DNA from: Octopus vulgaris
Taxonomy: Eukaryota
NCBI GenBank assembly: GCA_951406725.2
Contig: OX597825.1
Span: 42,098,001-42,162,000, forward strand
Reading direction: 5' to 3'
Length of the DNA: 64,000 nucleotides
The notes beneath the pieces are model-generated. The model ran no database searches. It was given only the letters and a program-made list of their open reading frames with translations, and was not told the DNA's origin. The position numbers and the translations under genes are program-made. Positions within the stretch are counted from its first letter, which is position 1, and every line of letters starts with the position of its first letter. Below are positions 63,620 to 64,000 of the stretch, one piece after another.

Positions 63620-64000
63620 TAAGCATGTATTTATGCGTGATTGTATTGTTTCAGTTTTTCTTTTATTTGTTTATTAGAATTCTTCCCTGAAGGAGGGAAT
63701 TAGGTTTTAACAAAGAAACTAAAGCTTCATCACTGGAATTTAGATAACAATAATAATTGTTATATATCAGGCATTAAGAAACTTTTACATATTTTTAGTT
63801 TCATTTATGGATTGCCTTTGTAGTAAGACTATGTAAACCAATCTCTTGCTGATGGCCTATCATTTCCAGATTTTCACTGAGATAGTTTTTAACATATCCA
63901 AGTGCACCAAGAGTATTGGTATAAATGTAAATTCATATTGAGGGTACAAGAGCTTCATATTTCAAAAATGTAATTTCATAACTAGGGTACAGGAGCTGCA

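Overview
AT-rich, microsatellite-dense eukaryotic DNA made almost entirely of transposable-element relics. The SINE and RTE families resemble those I recall from Octopus (coleoid cephalopod); this is inference, not a database result. No intact host protein-coding gene is recognisable, only a few candidate spliced exons. Recognised elements: a near-full RTE LINE plus truncated copies, CR1/L2-type fragments, two R4/Dong-type RLE fragments in (TAA)n, a Ty3/gypsy LTR element with a tRNA-Trp PBS, several Penelope-like elements (PLEs), three mariner copies, a maT/DD37D-like fragment, a Helitron Rep remnant, a non-autonomous Helitron and three SINE families. Highlights: (1) an apparently complete ~2 kb retroposon with a 14-bp TSD that encodes only a gag-like ORF1 (no EN/RT; HAL1-like), inserted next to the A-box of a tRNA-derived SINE; (2) hammerhead-ribozyme motifs in at least six unrelated repeat families, including a U3:A8 core variant and a ~400-bp retrozyme-like unit with terminal redundancy; (3) a PHD-like finger inside the RTE reverse transcriptase. 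All motif and structure calls were made by eye. Boundaries of degraded elements are approximate.
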